The translations under genes were made by a program, and so were the position numbers. From a bacterium (lineage in GTDB: Bacteria; Zhuqueibacterota; Zhuqueibacteria; Residuimicrobiales; Krinioviventaceae): DNA of 64,000 bases. This document shows, piece by piece, positions 9,949 to 20,957 of this stretch. The stretch lies in contig CAXXMD010000003.1 in NCBI GenBank assembly GCA_963675755.2, positions 3,552,001 through 3,616,000 on the forward strand, written 5' to 3'. The notes below the pieces were generated by a model. That model was not told where the DNA came from. It ran no database searches and saw only the letters and a program-made list of their open reading frames with translations. Each line of letters opens with the position of its first letter. Position 1 is the stretch's first letter.

Positions 9949-11289
9949 ATGAAGGTCTTTGATCGTTATTTTTCCATCACACAAAAATATTCTGCATTCT
10001 GGAGGAGTTATGTTTTCTGGAAAATTGATCAGTTAAATCATGGGGAAATGCGGCAACATTATATTGATATCTCTCAGGCTTTTGTCGATCCATTAAAAGC
10101 CCATGAACAGGTGCAAAGCAGACTTTTATCTTTGATTAAACATGCCAAAGAAACAACAAATTATTATCAGGATTATGATGAAACAAGTGATTATACTGAT
10201 TTACCCGTTATTGAAAAGGATTTGATTAGGGAACGATTTAATGACTTTATATCGATCAAGTATGATCGCCAAAACCTGGGCACCTTGTCTACCAGTGGCT
10301 CTTATGGAATCCCCTTTATTTTTTATGTGACACGAGAAAAAATTAAAAGACAACATGCTGAAATTTTATATTTTAACGAGTGGGCCGGATATAATCTGGG
10401 AGCCCGCATGATACAATTGCGGGTATTTGAACGCTCCTGGTTGTACTTTTTCTCACAGAATTGCCGAAAAATTGATCCCAAACGTATTGATAAAAGCTGG
10501 TATGAGAAATCAAGAAAAATCATAAAAAACAGACGAAACCATTTTCTTGTTGGGTATCCCGGTGCTTTGATTCAGTTAGCCAGATATTGTGAAGAAAAGG
10601 GGGATGGCCCTCAGGATTTTACGTTTAAGGGTATAGTATGCAGTGCTGAACCCATGACAACGGATATGCGTAATACATTCAATCGTGTTTTTGGCTGCCC
10701 GATATATGACCGTTATGCGGCAGTAGAGTTGGGAGTGATTGCTCATGATTGTCCCAAGTGCGGTTTGAGGCATGTGAATTTCCCCAGTTATTATGTGGAA
10801 TTGTTGAAACTGGATAAAAATGAACCTGTTGAGCCAGGTGAGATTGGAAGAGTGGTTGTTACAGATCTCTTTTCACATGCCATGCCCCTGATACGATATA
10901 ATACCGGGGATTTGGCTAGCTGGGTGACAAAAGGACGATGTAACGATTTATACCCCACATTGAGCAGAATTGATGGACGTTGTCGTGAAATAATTTATGC
11001 TGTAGACAAGACACTTGTTTACCCCAGCAGTATCAATAATGCTATTGCAGATCATGGAAATGAAAAAGAATTGTTGCAATATCAGTTTGTACAAACTGGT
11101 GATAAAGAATACGTTTTAAAATTGGTAGTAACCTCTGCATTTGATCATCAGGAAATTCTTGAAAATCGACTGCGGGAATTGATTGGTAAAAATGCTAATC
11201 TTCGCTTCGAATATGTGGATAATATTCCGCCACTCTCTTCCGGAAAACGTCCGCTTATTTATAATACCCTTGGGGAACATTTTAATTAG
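9949..11289 (+). CDS. phenylacetate-CoA ligase-like / CapK-family adenylate-forming protein
   Basis: TSGSYG P-loop, YAAVE, PLIRYNTGD, IDGR and SGK motifs; AGGAG upstream of ATG 9949. Confidence 0.8.
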   Translation: MKVFDRYFSITQKYSAFWRSYVFWKIDQLNHGEMRQHYIDISQAFVDPLKAHEQVQSRLLSLIKHAKETTNYYQDYDETSDYTDLPVIEKDLIRERFNDFISIKYDRQNLGTLSTSGSYGIPFIFYVTREKIKRQHAEILYFNEWAGYNLGARMIQLRVFERSWLYFFSQNCRKIDPKRIDKSWYEKSRKIIKNRRNHFLVGYPGALIQLARYCEEKGDGPQDFTFKGIVCSAEPMTTDMRNTFNRVFGCPIYDRYAAVELGVIAHDCPKCGLRHVNFPSYYVELLKLDKNEPVEPGEIGRVVVTDLFSHAMPLIRYNTGDLASWVTKGRCNDLYPTLSRIDGRCREIIYAVDKTLVYPSSINNAIADHGNEKELLQYQFVQTGDKEYVLKLVVTSAFDHQEILENRLRELIGKNANLRFEYVDNIPPLSSGKRPLIYNTLGEHFN

Positions 11290-11391
11290 CCGTTCCCGGT
11301 TAAATAATTTTATATAGCGTTTAATGAAAATTTTGTTATCTTATGCACAGATTAATTTACTTGTCAGATAATTTCAAATGAGGTATGGGAT

Positions 11392-13182
11392 ATGTTTCAT
11401 GTCATAGACTGGATTATTCTTGCTGTATTTTTTGTCATTGTTTTGTCCATTGGATTAGTGGTATCCCGCAGAGCGGGTAAAAGCAGTGCAGAGTTTTTTC
11501 TATCGGGCCGTAATATGCCCTGGTGGTTGCTGGGTGTTTCAATGGTAGCTTGTACATTTTCAGCGGACACTCCAAACCTGGTAACGGATATAGTTAGGAA
11601 TAATGGTGTCGCCGGTAACTGGGCCTGGTGGGCATTTTTATTTACAGGCATGTTGACAGTGTTTGTTTATGCCAAACTTTGGCGCCGGTCTGAAGTCATG
11701 ACTGATCTCGAATTTTACGAGATCCGTTACAGCGGCAAGATGGCTGCCTTTTTACGAGGATTCAGAGCTATATATCTGGGCCTCTTTTTTAATGTCATGA
11801 TTATGGGGGCGGTTTCTCTGGCCGCAATCAAGATTGGTGAAGTAATGTTTGGCTTTAACCATTTTACAACAATTATTCTGGCATCTTTTGCCGTTGTTGT
11901 TTATGCGACTTTGGGTGGTTTGAGAGGTGTGATCTTTGCCGATTTTTTCCAGTTTGGAATTGCCATGGTAGGTTCTATTGCTGCGGCAGTGATTGCTGTA
12001 AAACAACCCGAGATTGGCAGTTTTAGTGCATTGATCAGTCATGAAGCGTTGCAGGGCAAGTTGAGTGTTTTCCCTGATTTCTCTGACATGTCTGTTGTGA
12101 TTCCTTTGTTTATTATTCCCATTGCGGTTCAGTGGTGGAATGTCTGGTATCCCGGTGCAGAGCCGGGCGGTGGCGGTTATATTGCACAACGTATGCTTTC
12201 TGCCAAAGATGAAAAAAATGCGATTGGAGCAACCCTGCTTTTTAATATTGCGCATTACGCATTACGTCCCTGGCCATGGATCGTTGTAGCACTGAGTTCC
12301 ATCATCATTTTCCCGGAGTTGAGCGATATCCATGCACGGTTCCCGGATATTAATCTCTATTACCTCAAAGATGATATTGCGTATCCCGCAATGATGACGC
12401 TGTTACCCAAAGGTCTGTTTGGTCTTGTGGTTGCTTCTTTAATTGCGGCATACATGTCTACAATTGGTACGCATTTGAATTGGGGTGCTTCATATATTGT
12501 AAACGATTTTTATAAACGTTTTGTAAAACCCAACGCTTCTGAAAAAGAACTGGTGGGTGCAGGTCGTTTGTTGACTATAATATTAATGGTTTTGACAGCT
12601 ATTGTTGCATTGTGGTTACAAAATGCAAAACAGGCATTTGATATTTTATTACAGATTGGCGCCGGTACCGGATTGATTTTTATTATCCGCTGGTTCTGGT
12701 GGCGTATTAATGCCTATACAGAAATTTCTGCCATGATTATTTCTTTTGTTGTTGCTGTATTTTTTAAAATTGTAATCAAGGCACCTGAGGCCGGTATGGA
12801 AGCTGCCTGGTATCAGATGTCACATTGGCAGTTGGTAGCCGGTATTGTCATTACTACTATTACCTGGCTGGTTGTGACCTTTTTAACCCGTCCTGAAGAT
12901 GATGAGACTCTGAAACGATTTGTAAAATTGACGCGACCCGGTGGTAAAGGCTGGACACATATTAATGAACTGCTTTATAAAGAAGGGCACAAGCCTATTG
13001 AACATCAGCTGGCATTAGAAATTTTTTGTATGGTTATAGGTGTGTTTACTGTGTATAATACTTTATTCGCTACAGGATTTTGGCTGTATGGTCAGGTTGT
13101 TGGAGGTGTTATCAGTACAATTTTTGCTGTTATAGGTACTGTTATTTTGTTAAAAGTGTTTGGAAAATTGCGTACAAGTTGA
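11392..13182 (+). CDS. sodium:solute symporter family protein
   Basis: FFLSGRNMPWW, GGLRGVIFADFFQF, YIAQRMLSAKDE and AAYMST motifs; many transmembrane helices. Confidence 0.9.
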   Translation: MFHVIDWIILAVFFVIVLSIGLVVSRRAGKSSAEFFLSGRNMPWWLLGVSMVACTFSADTPNLVTDIVRNNGVAGNWAWWAFLFTGMLTVFVYAKLWRRSEVMTDLEFYEIRYSGKMAAFLRGFRAIYLGLFFNVMIMGAVSLAAIKIGEVMFGFNHFTTIILASFAVVVYATLGGLRGVIFADFFQFGIAMVGSIAAAVIAVKQPEIGSFSALISHEALQGKLSVFPDFSDMSVVIPLFIIPIAVQWWNVWYPGAEPGGGGYIAQRMLSAKDEKNAIGATLLFNIAHYALRPWPWIVVALSSIIIFPELSDIHARFPDINLYYLKDDIAYPAMMTLLPKGLFGLVVASLIAAYMSTIGTHLNWGASYIVNDFYKRFVKPNASEKELVGAGRLLTIILMVLTAIVALWLQNAKQAFDILLQIGAGTGLIFIIRWFWWRINAYTEISAMIISFVVAVFFKIVIKAPEAGMEAAWYQMSHWQLVAGIVITTITWLVVTFLTRPEDDETLKRFVKLTRPGGKGWTHINELLYKEGHKPIEHQLALEIFCMVIGVFTVYNTLFATGFWLYGQVVGGVISTIFAVIGTVILLKVFGKLRTS

Positions 13183-13210
13183 TAGAAATATATGGAATGG
13201 TTCTTGAATT

Positions 13211-14620
13211 ATGAAATTTAGAGATTTATCTGAACAGAAAACAATAAATAATCCGATATTAAAAAATCATCCGGACCTGATTGCGATAGCCAAACAGGAA
13301 TTTGACCCGGATGATGAGATTATGATTGTCAAGGCACCGGGGCGTGTGAACCTGATTGGTGAACATACGGATTACAATATGGGTCCTGTATTGCCTTGTG
13401 CTATTGATAAAGAGATCGTTTTGATTGTTGTTCCTGTATCGTCATCAACAGTTAACGTTTCAAATGTTGATGCAGCATTTGATTGTGTTGAATTTGATAT
13501 TGATACAGAAATTAAGCCTTTTGATAAAGGGCATTGGGGCAATTATATCAAAGCCGGTGTTAAAGGTATTATAGAGCATTATGCAGAAACAGAAGTAGCT
13601 TTTAAAGGATTTAAAGCTATTGCCTCGGGCACGCTGCCAAAAGCGGCAGGCCTCTCGAGTTCTTCTGCGTTGGTGGTTGTATCTGCACTGGCTTTTCTTG
13701 CTGCAAATAAAATAGATTTGGACAAGCGCAGGCTTGCTGAACTTTGTGCGCATGCCGAGTATTTTGTAGGTACTGCCGGTGGGGGCATGGACCAGGCTGC
13801 CAGTTTGTTGGGCAAAGAAAATACCTTTTTGAAAATGGATTTTAATCCCTTGCGAATTGATCCCATACCCGCACCATCCGGTATGCAGTTGATGATCTTT
13901 CATTCATTGGTTCACGCTGAAAAAAGCGGGGAGATGCGCGAAGCTTTTAACCGCAGGGTACTTGAATGCCGTATGGGTGTGGATCTGCTGAATCGTTTTG
14001 CTGATGAACACGTGGAAGAATTTAATCCTGTTGAATATATTGGTCATGTAGATACAGAGCATACCGGTATGGAAGCAAAGTCTCTGGATGCGCTTGTGAC
14101 AAATTTTTTGGAATCCTTGAATGAAACATATTCTCTTGAAGAATTTCTGACTCTTTTTTCTCTCACTGAACAGGAATTATTTGACCGGTACAAGTCAATC
14201 ATGCGAAGTGATAAAATTGTTGAACCCAAAGAAGGATTTAAAATAAAATCCCGGTTTAGACATGTATTTACCGAATGTAAACGTGTGGATCAATCCATTT
14301 CCTGTTTAAAATCCGGTGACATGGAGTCTTTGGGAAAGCTAATCAATGCATCTCATACCAGTCTCTCAGAGGATTACGAGATATCCACTCCCGAGGTTGA
14401 TCAACTGGTAACGTTATTGAATGATAATGGTGCTCTGGGAGCAAGAATTATGGGCGCTGGTTTCGGCGGTGTAGTCATTGCATTGACAACACCGGAACAT
14501 GGAAAAAGTCTTGTTGAATCGATAATGGAACTATATTATAAAGACCGGGATGCAGCCGGAATTGAAAATCCTGTGCTGGCATGTGTTGTTGGTGACGGGG
14601 CAGGAGAAATCCAAATTTAA
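13211..14620 (+). CDS. galK: galactokinase (GHMP kinase)
   Basis: APGRVNLIGEHTDYN, GLSSSSA, GGMDQ and GARIMGAGFGG motifs. Confidence 0.85.
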   Translation: MKFRDLSEQKTINNPILKNHPDLIAIAKQEFDPDDEIMIVKAPGRVNLIGEHTDYNMGPVLPCAIDKEIVLIVVPVSSSTVNVSNVDAAFDCVEFDIDTEIKPFDKGHWGNYIKAGVKGIIEHYAETEVAFKGFKAIASGTLPKAAGLSSSSALVVVSALAFLAANKIDLDKRRLAELCAHAEYFVGTAGGGMDQAASLLGKENTFLKMDFNPLRIDPIPAPSGMQLMIFHSLVHAEKSGEMREAFNRRVLECRMGVDLLNRFADEHVEEFNPVEYIGHVDTEHTGMEAKSLDALVTNFLESLNETYSLEEFLTLFSLTEQELFDRYKSIMRSDKIVEPKEGFKIKSRFRHVFTECKRVDQSISCLKSGDMESLGKLINASHTSLSEDYEISTPEVDQLVTLLNDNGALGARIMGAGFGGVVIALTTPEHGKSLVESIMELYYKDRDAAGIENPVLACVVGDGAGEIQI

Positions 14621-14631
14621 GAGGTGACATC

Positions 14632-16071
14632 ATGGTTACCCGCAGACATTTTCTAAAAACACTCGGTATAGGTATGGGGGCTGCCATGCTGCCCGGGTGT
14701 TCTTTGATACAAAAATCCAAACCTAATTTTTTATTCATCCTGGTAGATGATTTGGGGATTACCGATCTGTCTTGTTACGGCAGCAGTTTTTATGAAACCC
14801 CCAATCTGGATAAACTTGCCGCATCCGGGACTCGTTTTACGGAAGCGTATGCCTCTTGTCCGGTTTGTTCACCTACACGTGCATCAATCATGACTGGTAA
14901 ATATCCAACCCGGTTAAATATTACGGACTGGATTCCGGGGAACGATCCCAAAGACCGCAAGCTTTTAGGTCCCCAGGACAAGCACGAGCTGCCCCTTGAA
15001 GAAAAGACCATTGCAGAAGCTTTGCATGAAAACGGATACAAGACTTTTTTTGCCGGTAAATGGCATTTGGGTGACAAGGGATATTTTCCGGAAGAACAGG
15101 GTTTTGATATCAATAAAGGTGGGCACCATGTGGGATCTCCGCCAAACGGTTATTACGTACCTTACAAAATTCCCAATTTACCGGATGGCCCTGAAGGTGA
15201 GTATCTCACTGACCGGTTGACCAATGAATCTATTCGATTTCTGGAAGAGACTGGCGGCAGTAATCCTTTTTTATTGTATCTGGCATTTTATACTGTGCAT
15301 ACTCCTATTGAAGCATGTGAACGACATTTTGCAAAATTTGAGGCCAAAGCAGCAGCTCTTCCTGAAACAGATGCACCGGTATACATTCAGGAATACGCGG
15401 GCCACACACGTCAGATCCAAAATCGGGCTGATTACGCCTCTATGCTCTATGCAATGGATGAAAATGTGGGCAGAGTATTGGATAAACTCGACGAATTGGG
15501 CCTTTCAGAGAATACGGTAGTTATATTTACTTCGGACAATGGCGGGCTGGCATCTCTTTATCCAAATCGGGATGCACCTACCGCCAATTTGCCCTACAGA
15601 GCGGGCAAGGGGTGGTGTTATGAAGGCGGAATCCGTGTGCCTTTGATCATAAGAACACCTGGAGCGCAGTCCTCTGAAAGTGATGAACCGGTTATCAGCA
15701 TGGACTTTTATCCTACCATGCTCGAGCTTGCGGGACTACCGGGCTTGCCGGAGCAGCATGTGGATGGGAAAAGTCTGGTACCCTTGCTGAATGGAGCGGA
15801 ACGTCTGGATCGGAACGCTTTGTACTGGCATTATCCTCATTATCATGGCAGTGCCTGGACTCCGGGAGCTACTGTAAGAGCACGAGACTGGAAGCTGATA
15901 GAGTTGTATCACGAGGAAAAGACAGAACTCTATAATCTCAAAGAGGATGTAGGTGAGCATCATGATCTGGCAGCTGATCGTCCGGATAAAGTTGAGGAAT
16001 TAAGAAATATGCTGCATCTCTGGCAAAAAGAGACGGGTGCATTGATGCCAAAAGTGAATCCGGATTATTAA
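14632..16071 (+). CDS. sulfatase (formylglycine-dependent), Tat-exported lipoprotein
   Basis: TRRHFLK Tat motif, LPGC lipobox, DDLG, CSPTRAS, GKWHLG, SDNGG. Confidence 0.92.
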   Translation: MVTRRHFLKTLGIGMGAAMLPGCSLIQKSKPNFLFILVDDLGITDLSCYGSSFYETPNLDKLAASGTRFTEAYASCPVCSPTRASIMTGKYPTRLNITDWIPGNDPKDRKLLGPQDKHELPLEEKTIAEALHENGYKTFFAGKWHLGDKGYFPEEQGFDINKGGHHVGSPPNGYYVPYKIPNLPDGPEGEYLTDRLTNESIRFLEETGGSNPFLLYLAFYTVHTPIEACERHFAKFEAKAAALPETDAPVYIQEYAGHTRQIQNRADYASMLYAMDENVGRVLDKLDELGLSENTVVIFTSDNGGLASLYPNRDAPTANLPYRAGKGWCYEGGIRVPLIIRTPGAQSSESDEPVISMDFYPTMLELAGLPGLPEQHVDGKSLVPLLNGAERLDRNALYWHYPHYHGSAWTPGATVRARDWKLIELYHEEKTELYNLKEDVGEHHDLAADRPDKVEELRNMLHLWQKETGALMPKVNPDY

Positions 16072-16083
16072 GATTAAATTTCC

Positions 16084-16137
16084 TTGTGAGTTGTTGAAAT
16101 TCTGTTTATATTTAGGCCTAAATTTGGACCTAAATAT
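16084..16137 (+). promoter_or_regulatory. sigma70-type promoter with overlapping palindromic operator of the toxin-antitoxin operon
   Basis: TTGTGA-17 nt-TATATT; 30-bp near-perfect palindrome ATATTTAGGCCTAAATTTGGACCTAAATAT (16108-16137) over the -10 box, typical of antitoxin autoregulation. Confidence 0.65.
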
Positions 16138-16147
16138 GGAGTTTTAG

Positions 16148-16468
16148 ATGGGTGAATTAAATATTTCCAAAGATATTATTCCTGTTGGTGAATTTAAAGC
16201 AGGTTTATCAAAATGGTTAAAAAGTGTAAGAGAAACGAATCATCCATTAATCATAACACAAAATGGACGACCTGCGGGTGTGCTGCTATCACCAACTGAA
16301 TATGATGAGCTTGTTGCGATGAGATCATTTATTCAATCCGTTGAAAGGGGAATTGCTGATGCAGGATCCAATAAAGTCTATAGTACTCAGGAATTGAGAG
16401 AAGAATTGATTAATCACAGGGGGAATCGTAATAATGCAAGTGAGGTGGACTCGGGAAGCACTAGATAA
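16148..16468 (+). CDS. type II antitoxin, Phd/YefM family
   Basis: IIPVGEFKA...PLIITQNGRPAGVLLS..EYD signature; overlaps the toxin gene. Confidence 0.88.
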   Translation: MGELNISKDIIPVGEFKAGLSKWLKSVRETNHPLIITQNGRPAGVLLSPTEYDELVAMRSFIQSVERGIADAGSNKVYSTQELREELINHRGNRNNASEVDSGSTR

Positions 16469-16727
16469 ACTTTTATTAATTGATGATTTTATTGCAAAAG
16501 AGAATCCTAAACGCGCAAAGAATTTTGTGAATTTATTGATTGAAAAAGGTGACTCGCTCGCTGAATTACCTTATAGGGGACGGATTGTTCCAGAATTTAA
16601 CAATTCACAAATTCGTGAAATAATTGTTAAAAATTATAGACTTGTTTATAAAATATCTGCTGATATTATATATATAATTACTGTATTTGAGGGTCACAAA
16701 ATTTTGAAATTAAATAACTTGGATTGA
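16434..16727 (+). CDS. type II toxin, RelE/ParE family
   Basis: VRWTREA, FIAKENP, PYRGRIVPE, REIIVKNYRLVY. Confidence 0.88.
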   Translation: MQVRWTREALDKLLLIDDFIAKENPKRAKNFVNLLIEKGDSLAELPYRGRIVPEFNNSQIREIIVKNYRLVYKISADIIYIITVFEGHKILKLNNLD

Positions 16728-16743
16728 TTTATTTAATAATAAA

Positions 16744-16773
16744 CCGGTTTCTGACAGGAGAGCCAGAAACCGG
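16744..16773. terminator. hairpin between convergent genes (probable terminator)
   Basis: CCGGTTTCTG...CAGAAACCGG. Confidence 0.55.
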
Positions 16774-16784
16774 ACATTAAGATT

Positions 16785-17705
16785 TTATCGTGTAACTGTT
16801 ATCCAGGTTGTGTCCGCAACAAATGAACCGAAAACACCAATACCGTCTCCTTCAATGGCAAATATGGGTTCGTGAAAATTGCCATCATCTTCCTGTACAT
16901 CCTCATAGGTGTCAATGAATTTACCGTAATTCTCATCTACAACCATGAGATTGATCTGGTGCCTGCCATAAAACCAGAGATCAGACCACCAAACTCTGAA
17001 ATCGGTTTGACCGGGCGTATCATCAATATTGATTATATAGTTGTATTCATCAATATACTCTTTGTAATGCTCAATTACATCCTGCTCATCTAATTTCTCA
17101 ATGGGATTATCATAGATAAAGGAATCAATTTCTGCATCCATGGCATTAACTACCATCATGTAGAAATCAGAGCCTACGGCATGGTCGAATGTGACCATAA
17201 ATTCCAACACCTCATTGTTTTCATCTTTTTGACGATATTGCAGTTCCGCATAATTGATTCCTGCTATTTTAAACGTGCCGGATGGCACAGTCGTTGTGGA
17301 TGATGCGTTCAAAGTCTGTCCATCGATAACAGCAGATACCTGAATGCTGTAGGTTTTATCATTTTCAACTAACACACTATTATCCGTGCAATACCAGTAA
17401 TAGTCATCCAGGGTCCCATTATTTGCAGAATGAAATGCCAGGTCATATGTGATATCATCCGTTTCGTTGGTGAGCAATACCTGCGTTGTGTTTGGATCCG
17501 GTATCAGGGATGCGTTGTTTAAATCAGTGCCTACAGGTACATTGCGTGTAATCCGAATATCTTTGATGGGGTTCCCTGCCGCTAAAAATCCTTCAATAAC
17601 GATTTTGGGCTCAAATCCGCTGTTGCTGGGTTCCATGGTCGCTTTACCACAAGCCATAATTAATAATGCGGGCAATATATATGATATGATTTTAAATATT
17701 TTCAT
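16785..17705 (-). CDS. DUF4249-like lipoprotein (partner of TonB-dependent receptor)
   Basis: Lipobox IMAC; EPKIVIEGFL N-terminus; IEGDGIGVFGS C-terminus; follows the TonB receptor gene. Confidence 0.7.
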   Translation of the reverse strand: MKIFKIISYILPALLIMACGKATMEPSNSGFEPKIVIEGFLAAGNPIKDIRITRNVPVGTDLNNASLIPDPNTTQVLLTNETDDITYDLAFHSANNGTLDDYYWYCTDNSVLVENDKTYSIQVSAVIDGQTLNASSTTTVPSGTFKIAGINYAELQYRQKDENNEVLEFMVTFDHAVGSDFYMMVVNAMDAEIDSFIYDNPIEKLDEQDVIEHYKEYIDEYNYIINIDDTPGQTDFRVWWSDLWFYGRHQINLMVVDENYGKFIDTYEDVQEDDGNFHEPIFAIEGDGIGVFGSFVADTTWITVTR

Positions 17706-17719
17706 GTTGAATTCTCCTG

Positions 17720-20014
17720 TTAAAAATGTACGTTCATGCCCAATGTTGGCAAAATAGGAAGCATATAAATTTCTTCAAAATCCGGTTTTCCATTGTCGTA
17801 ATCATAATTCACAAACCAGACATTACGACGGTTACCTACATTATACACTTGTAAAAAAGGCTCAAGCATCCAGGTGGTAAATTGTTTTTGCCAGGTCATG
17901 CTCAGGTCCAGTCGCGCGTAATAGGGCAAACGGACGTTATTGATCAATGTTGGTGCAAATTCTACATCCCTGCCTGGCGAATAGGGGGAGCGGGCTATGA
18001 CATATTGAGAACCCGGTTCTGTATATGGCTGCCCCGTAGAATAGACAAAATTTGAACCGAATATCATATTGCCGCCCCACATTCTGCGTGAATAATTGGC
18101 AACAATATTCAATGTAGAGCTGCGGTCATGTCTGGGAGCAAAGGGACGTCCCTTGTTGATATTGTCTACTGTATATTCTGTTTTGGCGTAAGAGTAACCA
18201 ATCCATCCGCTGATGCTGCCAAAATTCTTGCGCAGCAGCAATTCCACACCCCAGGAATTCCCGTCACCCCGATTAAAAACGCCGCGGGTAGATTCGTCAT
18301 AGACAGGATATCCGTTTTCATCATAATAAGCGGGTTCTACATAGGCACCCATGTTGTTATTGATGGAAAATAAATTGTTATATTCTTTGTAAAATGTTTC
18401 TATTTCAAGCTCTACATCCTGCATGATCTCGTGCTGATATCCCAAAATAAAGTGATTGGATTTGGATACATCGCGGTACTGGTTCGCAACCGTCCAGATA
18501 TCAGAAAATAAAAACCGCGGCATACGATGCAGATACTGGTAATACTTGCCGGTTGCGGCTTTGATCATTGCTTTTTCACTCAACCGGTATTTTAAAGAAA
18601 AACGAGGGGCGACATTATTGAAATTTTTATCGGATCTGAAATGATTGTATCTTAACCCGGTTTCAATGTTCCAAATGGGATTCGGAGTCCATATAACCTT
18701 TGCATAACCCACAGTATGGGTTGGCTCCATCAAAATCTTGATTGCACCCTGATTTTTTACATATTGATCATATTTATTCTGCAAAAATTTTTGTTCAAAT
18801 CCGAATTTGGTTGAAAAATGAGAAGAAAGATAATATTCAAGATTTCCCTTCATGGTTAAATCCTGTAACTCGTTTTTTTCACTGACATAAAACATGGGCA
18901 TTTCAAAATCTGAACTAAAGCGACTACCCGTAAGCCAGAAATTGGAAAACAATTTCGGCGAAAATATATGGGTCCAGCGGACGCTTGAAGTCTGGTTTCC
19001 CCAGTCATAATGAAATCCACTGGATTCTGTGGATTCGTTATTAAAGGTGAGGTCCAGCACATCATTGCCGCCATATGTACTGATGGTGAGGCGATTGCTG
19101 TCATCCAACTCGAAAAAGGCTTTAATATTTCCATCCCAGTAATAATATTCCGGAATATCATCCATCATTTTTCCTACGGTCTGGTCAAAATACGTCCTTC
19201 TGATTGATCCGGAAATTGAGCCGATTTTTCCTACCGGCATTTGAATGGTTGTTTTTGCTGACAACAAGCTGATAGATGTAGTATTTTCAAAACGTTCACG
19301 GTTTCCGTCCAGGTTGGTAATATCCAGTACGGAAGAAAGGCGTCCGCCATATTCCGCACCGTAACCGCCCTTGTGCACATCCACATGTTTGATGGCATCG
19401 GTGTTGAATGTTGAAAACAAACCGAATGCGTGTTCGGGATTATAAACATCCGTACCATCCAGCATGATCAGGTTCTGGTCCGGGGTCCCTCCGCGAATAT
19501 ACAATGCCGATGAATAGTCTGACAAGGGTAAAATACCCGGCAAGGTCACCAACGTACGCATCAAATCCGCTTCTGCGATTTGGGGCACGCGTTTGAGCTG
19601 CATGGGATTGATCTCTATTTTTGATATGGATTTACGATACATTTTTTCAACCGTAGGTACCGAATCTGCCGAAACAATTACCGTTTCGCCCAACAAGGCG
19701 CTTTCGCTCAAAACTGCATTGATTTGCAGATTTTCTCCGGTTTTAATATTTAACGTTTTGCTGAAAATATCATATCCCAGCATGGAAATAATCAGTTCAT
19801 ATCTCCCCGGTTGGATTTTTGGGATTACATAATATCCACTATTGTTTGTGCTGCAACCGATATAGGTATCTTTGAAAAATACATTGACCCCGATGAGCGC
19901 TTCACCGGTTGCTTCGTCGGTAACGAATCCCCGCAGGGTTGAAAAATCTCCCTCGGCGAAAACCGCGTTGATGCACAAAAAGATGATGAAAAGAATGTTG
20001 ATGATGCATTTCAT
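17720..20014 (-). CDS. TonB-dependent receptor with carboxypeptidase-regulatory-like N-terminal domain
   Basis: GFVTDEATGEALIGVNV, IRGGTPDQNLIMLDG, YGGRLSSVLDI, YARLDLS; ends in Phe. Confidence 0.9.
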   Translation of the reverse strand: MKCIINILFIIFLCINAVFAEGDFSTLRGFVTDEATGEALIGVNVFFKDTYIGCSTNNSGYYVIPKIQPGRYELIISMLGYDIFSKTLNIKTGENLQINAVLSESALLGETVIVSADSVPTVEKMYRKSISKIEINPMQLKRVPQIAEADLMRTLVTLPGILPLSDYSSALYIRGGTPDQNLIMLDGTDVYNPEHAFGLFSTFNTDAIKHVDVHKGGYGAEYGGRLSSVLDITNLDGNRERFENTTSISLLSAKTTIQMPVGKIGSISGSIRRTYFDQTVGKMMDDIPEYYYWDGNIKAFFELDDSNRLTISTYGGNDVLDLTFNNESTESSGFHYDWGNQTSSVRWTHIFSPKLFSNFWLTGSRFSSDFEMPMFYVSEKNELQDLTMKGNLEYYLSSHFSTKFGFEQKFLQNKYDQYVKNQGAIKILMEPTHTVGYAKVIWTPNPIWNIETGLRYNHFRSDKNFNNVAPRFSLKYRLSEKAMIKAATGKYYQYLHRMPRFLFSDIWTVANQYRDVSKSNHFILGYQHEIMQDVELEIETFYKEYNNLFSINNNMGAYVEPAYYDENGYPVYDESTRGVFNRGDGNSWGVELLLRKNFGSISGWIGYSYAKTEYTVDNINKGRPFAPRHDRSSTLNIVANYSRRMWGGNMIFGSNFVYSTGQPYTEPGSQYVIARSPYSPGRDVEFAPTLINNVRLPYYARLDLSMTWQKQFTTWMLEPFLQVYNVGNRRNVWFVNYDYDNGKPDFEEIYMLPILPTLGMNVHF

Positions 20015-20083
20015 GAATGTTCTCCGTTTATTTGTTCATGTATAGACGTACGTATCCTGTGGCAGATAATGAGAGAGCTTTTA

Positions 20084-20869
20084 TCATCTGCCAATCAGAC
20101 TAATATTGCCATTTTTACTGTTTAGTGTGATTGTGCTTTTACCGTCTCCGAGCTGTTCCTGCAATGCCCGTGTTGGTAGTTTATTTGGGTCTATTGTCAG
20201 GCCACTGGCTTGAATCATTCCATTGTTAACGGATGCATAGAGCCAGGCAGATGTGCTCTGTGGAATGCTAAGTGAAATAGATCCGTTTTCAGTTTTGAAA
20301 TTTTGTTTGCAATAATCCGGAACATTTACGTTTGCATTGATGCTGCCATTGGTTACTGTGGCAGTCAGGCTGCCATAAATGTCATCGAGATAAATATCTC
20401 CGTTTACAATTCTGACCTGGGTTTGTGCATTCAAGGCATTTGCGTGAACGGTCCCGTTGACCAGTACAAGCGTTGTTGACCAGTTTTTCGGAATTTGGAT
20501 CTGGTAACTTGAAAAATAACTGCGGCCCTGAGAGTCATCCGGTTGGCGTGTTTGTACATAGAGAGATTGATCTTCTTCCGAGATATCGATATACATATCG
20601 TCAAGATAATGCAAGGCGTCTGCTTTACTCTCTGACTCGACACGTTTTGTTCCGGATATTCGGACAGAATCTGTTTCATTTGTACCGGTAACTACTACCG
20701 GTCCGTTGACTGCATACAGAACCAGTCTGTTATTCCCCATTGAGGATAAGGTATATGTAAAATCTGACTCGGCTGATGCCTGAATATGATCGACATTATA
20801 TATATTGTCTGATATATTGCAGCTAAATGTCAGAAATGCTGCCAATAAAATTATGATCAGTTGTTTCAT
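20084..20869 (-). CDS. DUF4097 / putative adhesin beta-solenoid lipoprotein
   Basis: Lipobox TFSC; repeated (V/T)NG.I motifs; AAGGAG upstream of ATG 20869. Confidence 0.75.
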   Translation of the reverse strand: MKQLIIILLAAFLTFSCNISDNIYNVDHIQASAESDFTYTLSSMGNNRLVLYAVNGPVVVTGTNETDSVRISGTKRVESESKADALHYLDDMYIDISEEDQSLYVQTRQPDDSQGRSYFSSYQIQIPKNWSTTLVLVNGTVHANALNAQTQVRIVNGDIYLDDIYGSLTATVTNGSINANVNVPDYCKQNFKTENGSISLSIPQSTSAWLYASVNNGMIQASGLTIDPNKLPTRALQEQLGDGKSTITLNSKNGNISLIGR

Positions 20870-20957
20870 TGTTTCTCCTTTAATCTTATCCATATTTTGA
20901 TGATAATTTTAAAAGAGAACCCGGGTTCGTGATATCCCGTCGGATATCACTATAGCG

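Noticed and set aside
16148-16727. Toxin-antitoxin pair as a marker of a prophage or genomic island
   Set aside because: No integrase, att-like repeats or phage genes nearby; it looks like a solitary insertion
20917-20950. Two small palindromes (GAACCCGGGTTC and GTGATATCC-CGTC-GGATATCAC) inside the sigma54 operon
   Set aside because: Single copy with no U-tract; possibly an mRNA stability hairpin, but not enough evidence to call
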